From Octopus bimaculoides (taxonomy: Eukaryota), in assembly GCF_001194135.2 (NCBI RefSeq), contig NC_068984.1, positions 60,111,709 to 60,150,494 of the forward strand: 38,786 bases of DNA, given 5' to 3'. Shown in pieces: positions 33,814 through 38,786 of this stretch. Made by a program: the position numbers and the translations under genes. The notes under the pieces were generated by a model. That model made no database searches and was not told the origin of the DNA. It worked only from the letters and a program-made list of their open reading frames with translations. Numbering within the stretch: the first letter of the stretch is position 1; the number at the start of each line of letters is the position of its first letter.

Positions 33814-35456
33814 TAAATTCCTCTATTTGCATAATATCGAGGTCTCTTTCTTTCTTTTGTTGTCCTTCCTGTCAAATATATATATATATATTTATNNNNN
33901 NNNNNNNNNNNNNNNNNNNNNNNNNNNNNNNNNNNNNNNNNNNNNNNNNNNNNNNNNNNNNNNNNNNNNNNNNNNNNNNNNNNNNNNNNNNNNNNNNNNN
34001 NNNNNNNNNNNNNNNNNNNNNNNNNNNNNNNNNNNNNNNNNNNNNNNNNNNNNNNNNNNNNNNNNNNNNNNNNNNNNNNNNNNNNNNNNNNNNNNNNNNN
34101 NNNNNNNNNNNNNNNNNNNNNNNNNNNNNNNNNNNNNNNNNNNNNNNNNNNNNNNNNNNNNNNNNNNNNNNNNNNNNNNNNNNNNNNNNNNNNNNNNNNN
34201 NNNNNNNNNNNNNNNNNNNNNNNNNNNNNNNNNNNNNNNNNNNNNNNNNNNNNNNNNNNNNNNNNNNNNNNNNNNNNNNNNNNNNNNNNNNNNNNNNNNN
34301 NNNNNNNNNNNNNNNNNNNNNNNNNNNNNNNNNNNNNNNNNNNNNNNNNNNNNNNNNNNNNNNNNNNNNNNNNNNNNNNNNNNNNNNNNNNNNNNNNNNN
34401 NNNNNNNNNNNNNNNNNNNNNNNNNNNNNNNNNNNNNNNNTTCTTATTCTTTACATTACTAGAAGTAATAGCTTGTCCTATACTTTTACAGGTGTAATAA
34501 ATTGTCCTGTACTTTTCCAGGTTTATTATCTTAAGAATATTACTTTTCATGCTCACATTTTTCAATGTAATCCATGATTTTTCCAAGCGTCACTGGTATA
34601 AGATAATTAATAATGTGTCAATTAATAATTTAAGATTTTATCTTATAAAATACTGAAAGATAATATTTCAATTTTTCCATGTAAGTGATGATAATATTTC
34701 AATTTTTATCATGTTTAATTTAGATAAATGTTGTGATTGAATTATTTGATATTACCCATCCACCCCAAATTAATGGCAGGAATTTTTACCATGTTGTTGG
34801 TTGCACCATGGCTCACCAGAAGTTACAAACAAGACCCCAAACCTATCAGTTACCAGGCTCACCTTAAGTAACCTAATTTTGCAATATTAGGAGGTCACAG
34901 GAATTCACTCAATGAAAAAAAAAATTTCCAATGATTCCGGGATTGTGGGGGGAATCACCCACCTCATTTTTTCCGAACCAAAATAAGGGATTTGCAGCAT
35001 ATTAGGAGGTCAGAGTACTTGATTCCATGCAAAAAGTCAAATTTTTTGTTTTTTTTCTCTAAGTGAAAATCGTGAGGGTGTTAATATAGAAATTGACCAT
35101 AATGTTGTTGTTATTTAGCCTCAAATAAACCCCGATACTGCAAACATATCATCAAAGACATTCCAGCCTTCAGCAAGCCGTCTTTTTAGCGATAATCTCG
35201 GACATTACATACAATGGGCGTGTGATTTAGGTAGGGGATACTTTGGCTGCTATTTTTAGCATGTCGAGCAACCAGGTAGAGGCTCTTTCATTGATTCAAT
35301 TGTATGATGAGATTTTTTTTACACATATATGTAATATGTATATTTATATCACTGGCAGAAGTTAAAGAGTAAGGCAAAAGCTGAGAGTTTCATGTATTGG
35401 CACTTATCAAACACGAATTTGTCCATTGTCACTCTGTAACTTCTGAAGAAATAACT

Positions 35457-35890
35457 TAAAATATACAAAATTTTGTCAAAAACGTTAAAAGTAAACCCTG
35501 TTCTATGTGACATATTCTACCAGTATCAGAAGTTTGAAAGTGTTTAGTTAAAAAGAAAAATGAATTAAATAATCTGTACGTCTAGTTGAATAGATCCAAA
35601 ATAGATGAAAGGCAAAGTCGACCTCAGTGGAATTTGAACTCAAAATGTAGAGACAAACGAAATACCGCTTCTAAAATACAAAATTTTGTCAAAACGTTAA
35701 GAGCAAAACCTGTTCTATGTGACACATTCTACCAGTATCGGAAGTTTGAAAGTGTTTAGTTAAAAAAATTAATCAAATAATCTGTATGTCAAAGTCAACC
35801 TCGGAGAAATTTGAACTCAAAACGTAAAGACATGATATACTGTTAAGCATTTTACTCGGTGCACTCACGTTTCTGCCAGCTCGCTGCCTT
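35457..35890. repeat. Tandem duplication of an unknown ~125-bp segment plus a SINE B head fragment
   Basis: 35457-35584 is repeated at about 35671-35790. Each copy is followed by AAAGTC(G/A)ACCTC...ATTTGAACTCAAAA. Confidence 0.75.
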
Positions 35891-36610
35891 ACAATGTAAA
35901 CATTCATTTTAGAAATATATTCTTTATTCTTATTGCTTAAGCTTTACTCCCTTACTTCCTTACTTACTGACATAAAACTTCGTAATATTTTACCTTATAA
36001 CTATTTTTCTACTAATTTTTGTTCAATACGACTAGAGATTCTGAATTCCTCATGCATTTTTTTCTATCATTTAAGCCTAAGAAAGGTATACTTTTAATTT
36101 AAAATTGAAAAATTTATGTTAATTGAAGATGAATATCTGCCTTACTGCCCCCCTTGAGTTTGCAGATATTTTGATGTCACTTTTTTCTACAGAACCAAAT
36201 CTCAAACTATTTATGCCAAAGTGTAGCTGATGGGATGTCCTCTTTAAAACTATTAACAGTTTGCAATTTAGTTGAGAACTGAATTAGTGGTGAAGCTTGG
36301 AAGCTGCTGCAATTGACGAAATGGTGGACTTATATATTCAACCACTNNNNNNNNNNNNNNNNNNNNNNNNNNNNNNNNNNNNNNNNNNNNNNNNNNNNNN
36401 NNNNNNNNNNNNNNNNNNNNNNNNNNNNNNNNNNNNNNNNNNNNNNNNNNNNNNNNNNNNNNNNNNNNNNNNNNNNNNNNNNNNNNNNNNGATAGATGTA
36501 TCCGTAGGCACTCCTGGTGTATTACCTCAGTATGTATAGTCCTCGTTATAAGGTATACAGTAGTAGGTAATTTAAATGTAAAACTGTTGTTTAATATATA
36601 TATAGAGACG

Positions 36611-36688
<78 letters not shown>

Positions 36689-36689
36689 C

Positions 36690-36992
36690 ACGTAAAAAGC
36701 ATCATTCGAGCATGACCAATGCCAGTGCCACCTGACTGGCACCCATGCTGATAGCATGTAAAAAGCATCATTCGAGCATGGTCAATACCAGTCCACCTAA
36801 CTGGCTCCTGTGCGGGTGGCATGTAAAAAGCACCCACTACACTCTTGTTAGTGTTAGGAAGGGCATCCAGCTGTAGAAACCTTGCCAAATCAGATCAGAG
36901 CCTGGTGCAGTCTCCTAGCTTGCCAATCCTCAGTCGAACTGTCCAACACATGCCAGCTTAGAAAGCAGATGTTAAATGATGATGTTGATGAT
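36690..36992 (+). mobile_element. Family C retroposon with ~60-bp internal tandem units
   Basis: GTAAAAAGCATCATTCGAGCATG occurs twice, followed by GTAAAAAGCACCCACTAC and the (GAT)n tail. Confidence 0.85.
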
Positions 36993-37159
36993 GATCACCA
37001 TGAAGTGGGTTCCACAAGACTAATTTGGATGCTTCCAGTTGAGAGTGGTGCATGCAGTTACCAGATAGTTGCAGTTGTCTTTGCCTGATCTGCTTGCTAA
37101 CTTTTGGCAGATCTTCATAAAGGTGTTCATTTATCATGTGTTGCTGCCATTTCTCATTT

Positions 37160-37360
37160 AGGAAGATACAAGCTTGGACAGCCTGTCACAAACTGAATGC
37201 AATCTGGAACTCCTAATTGCCCAGGCAAATCAAGATGAAACTGTTCATTGCCACTGTCGAATCAGTGCTATTATATGGCAGTGTAACATGGACACTGACA
37301 AAGAAATTATGAAATAGGCTAAATGGATGCTACATAAGGATGCTATGAACGGCCCTCAAT
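37160..37360 (+). mobile_element. RTE-clade LINE ORF remnant
   Basis: RKIQAWTACHKLNAIWNS*LPRQIKMKLFIATVESVLLYGSVTWTLTKKL*NRLNGCYIRML*TALN. Confidence 0.8.
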
Positions 37361-37849
37361 GGGAAATCAAATAAATGCAAAACTTGTGCTAGGGGTCATG
37401 TTGATTGATAAGACATTCTATTATGGACTCTTGTGATTTTGTAAGAATATAAAAGTTTAGTTCTGAGTTTAAATCCCACTGAGGTAAGTCAGCTTTGCCT
37501 TCTCTACTTTCAGAGGTTTGAGAATTTACCAATCAAGAACTTTCCTTTCAATTTGAAGTCTTGTGCCTGTGTATAAAATCAAAACTTATATTGATTATGA
37601 TGCAACAGCTGCTGCTGCTGATGATGATGATGAATGTATGCATGTGTGTGTGCACTTATATTTTGGTGTATGTAATTATTACTTTAAAAAGTACATTTTC
37701 AATTTTTGCAGGAGTCATTTTAAGTATTCCTAAAATATTTTCTTTGATATTTTGCAAAAGCAAAAAAAAAAAAAAAAGAAAATTTTTTTTCTCTCATGCC
37801 ATTTCTATTAAAATTAGTATATGCATATAAATTTCCTCAACCATCTCTG

Positions 37850-38290
37850 CCACCTGCAGCCACAACATCAGCACCACCACCTTGCACCCCCCCCCCCCCC
37901 TCAACCCAGCACCCACCAGCACCACAATCCAGTATCACATTAGTCCAATGCTCACCATTAACAGTAGCAGCAGCACCACCACCACTGCCATCACCATTAT
38001 CAGTATCACTACCATCATCATCACTATCACTGCCATCACCCCTGCCATCATCACCACCACCACCACCATCACCTCCGCCACCACCACGTCTACCAACACC
38101 ACCATCACCGCTACCTCCACTGCAGCTGCTGCCATCACCAACACCTCCACTATCACCATCACTACCACTGCTATCATCACCACGACCACCACCACTGCCA
38201 CCACCACCACCACCGTCACCACCACCACCGTCACCACCGCCACCACCGCCACCACTGCCACCACCACCAGCATCAACAACAACTCTAGCC
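37850..38290. repeat. Cryptic (CAC/CAT/CTG) trinucleotide low-complexity tract
   Basis: Direct reading. Explains the Pro-rich, Thr-rich and Val-rich ORFs. Confidence 0.85.
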
Positions 38291-38611
38291 CATATTACTC
38301 CATCTCACCCTCATCCCCATCCCCATCCCCTATTTACTTTTCTTACTTATACAACCACAAATTCCTCTCCAACCCTTCCTTATCAAACCCTTCTCTTCCC
38401 CCTACCCCCATTCTGCACATGGTCAGAATTCATGCTGCACAATCTCTCCGACTCTGCACACCACTGACTCTGTTGTAAGGTTTCTTTTGTACGAGATTCA
38501 ATTTTAAAGCTTCTTTCAAACAGATTTCTTATTTTTTTCTTCTCCATTTATATATATTTTATATTATACATATTCAATGGAATTTAAAATTTTTTAAACT
38601 ATCTTTTTAGC

Positions 38612-38786
38612 ATTCACCACCACCACCACCACTACCACCACCACCACTACTACCACCACCACCACTACCATTACCACCACTACCATTACCACCATCAGCA
38701 CTGCTGCCGCCACCACCACTGCCACCGCCTCCACTGCCACCGCGTCCACTGCCACCTCCTCCACTGCCACCGCCTCCACTGCCACC
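38612..38786. repeat. (CAC)n-type tract ending in 15-bp CCTCCACTGCCACCG-like units
   Basis: Direct reading. Runs off the end of the window. Confidence 0.85.

Noticed and set aside
34700-35060. Possible DNA transposon remnant with a repeated TATTAGGAGGTCA motif
   Set aside because: No termini, target-site duplication or coding similarity could be defined by eye.
37796-38478. Pro-rich 223-aa and Thr-rich 198-aa ORFs (extensin- or mucin-like)
   Set aside because: Three frames over the same cryptic CAC repeat are all open. There is no domain or splice support.

Overview
Repeat-dense, AT-rich eukaryotic DNA from a gapped draft assembly (nine N-runs, most next to microsatellites). The SINE families, the mollusc-type 5S sequence and the extreme microsatellite load suggest a coleoid cephalopod, probably Octopus (inference). 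I found no host protein-coding gene I can name. Most listed ORFs are microsatellite or low-complexity artefacts, and only weak minus-strand exon candidates exist. The window is a mosaic of tRNA-headed SINEs, RTE-tail repeats, R4/Dong, CRE-like and RTE LINE remnants, mariner (DD34D) and maT (DD37D) transposon remnants, TTAA (piggyBac-type) and hAT MITEs, and a composite Helitron carrying a Pif1-helicase pseudogene. Highlights: (1) a complete type I hammerhead ribozyme fold at 3254-3352 (-) with a palindromic minimal stem III; (2) a 98-bp inverted repeat at 33541-33813 whose arms each carry a hammerhead-like motif and whose spacer copies 68 bp of neighbouring DNA; (3) a 5S rRNA-headed SINE (15429-15622) that shares a covarying 3' stem-loop tail with the tRNA SINEs; (4) a tandem Helitron with two 5' ends and one intact 3' end; (5) a pre-miRNA-like hairpin at 33193-33293. 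All alignments and folds were done by eye; no database searches or folding programs were run.
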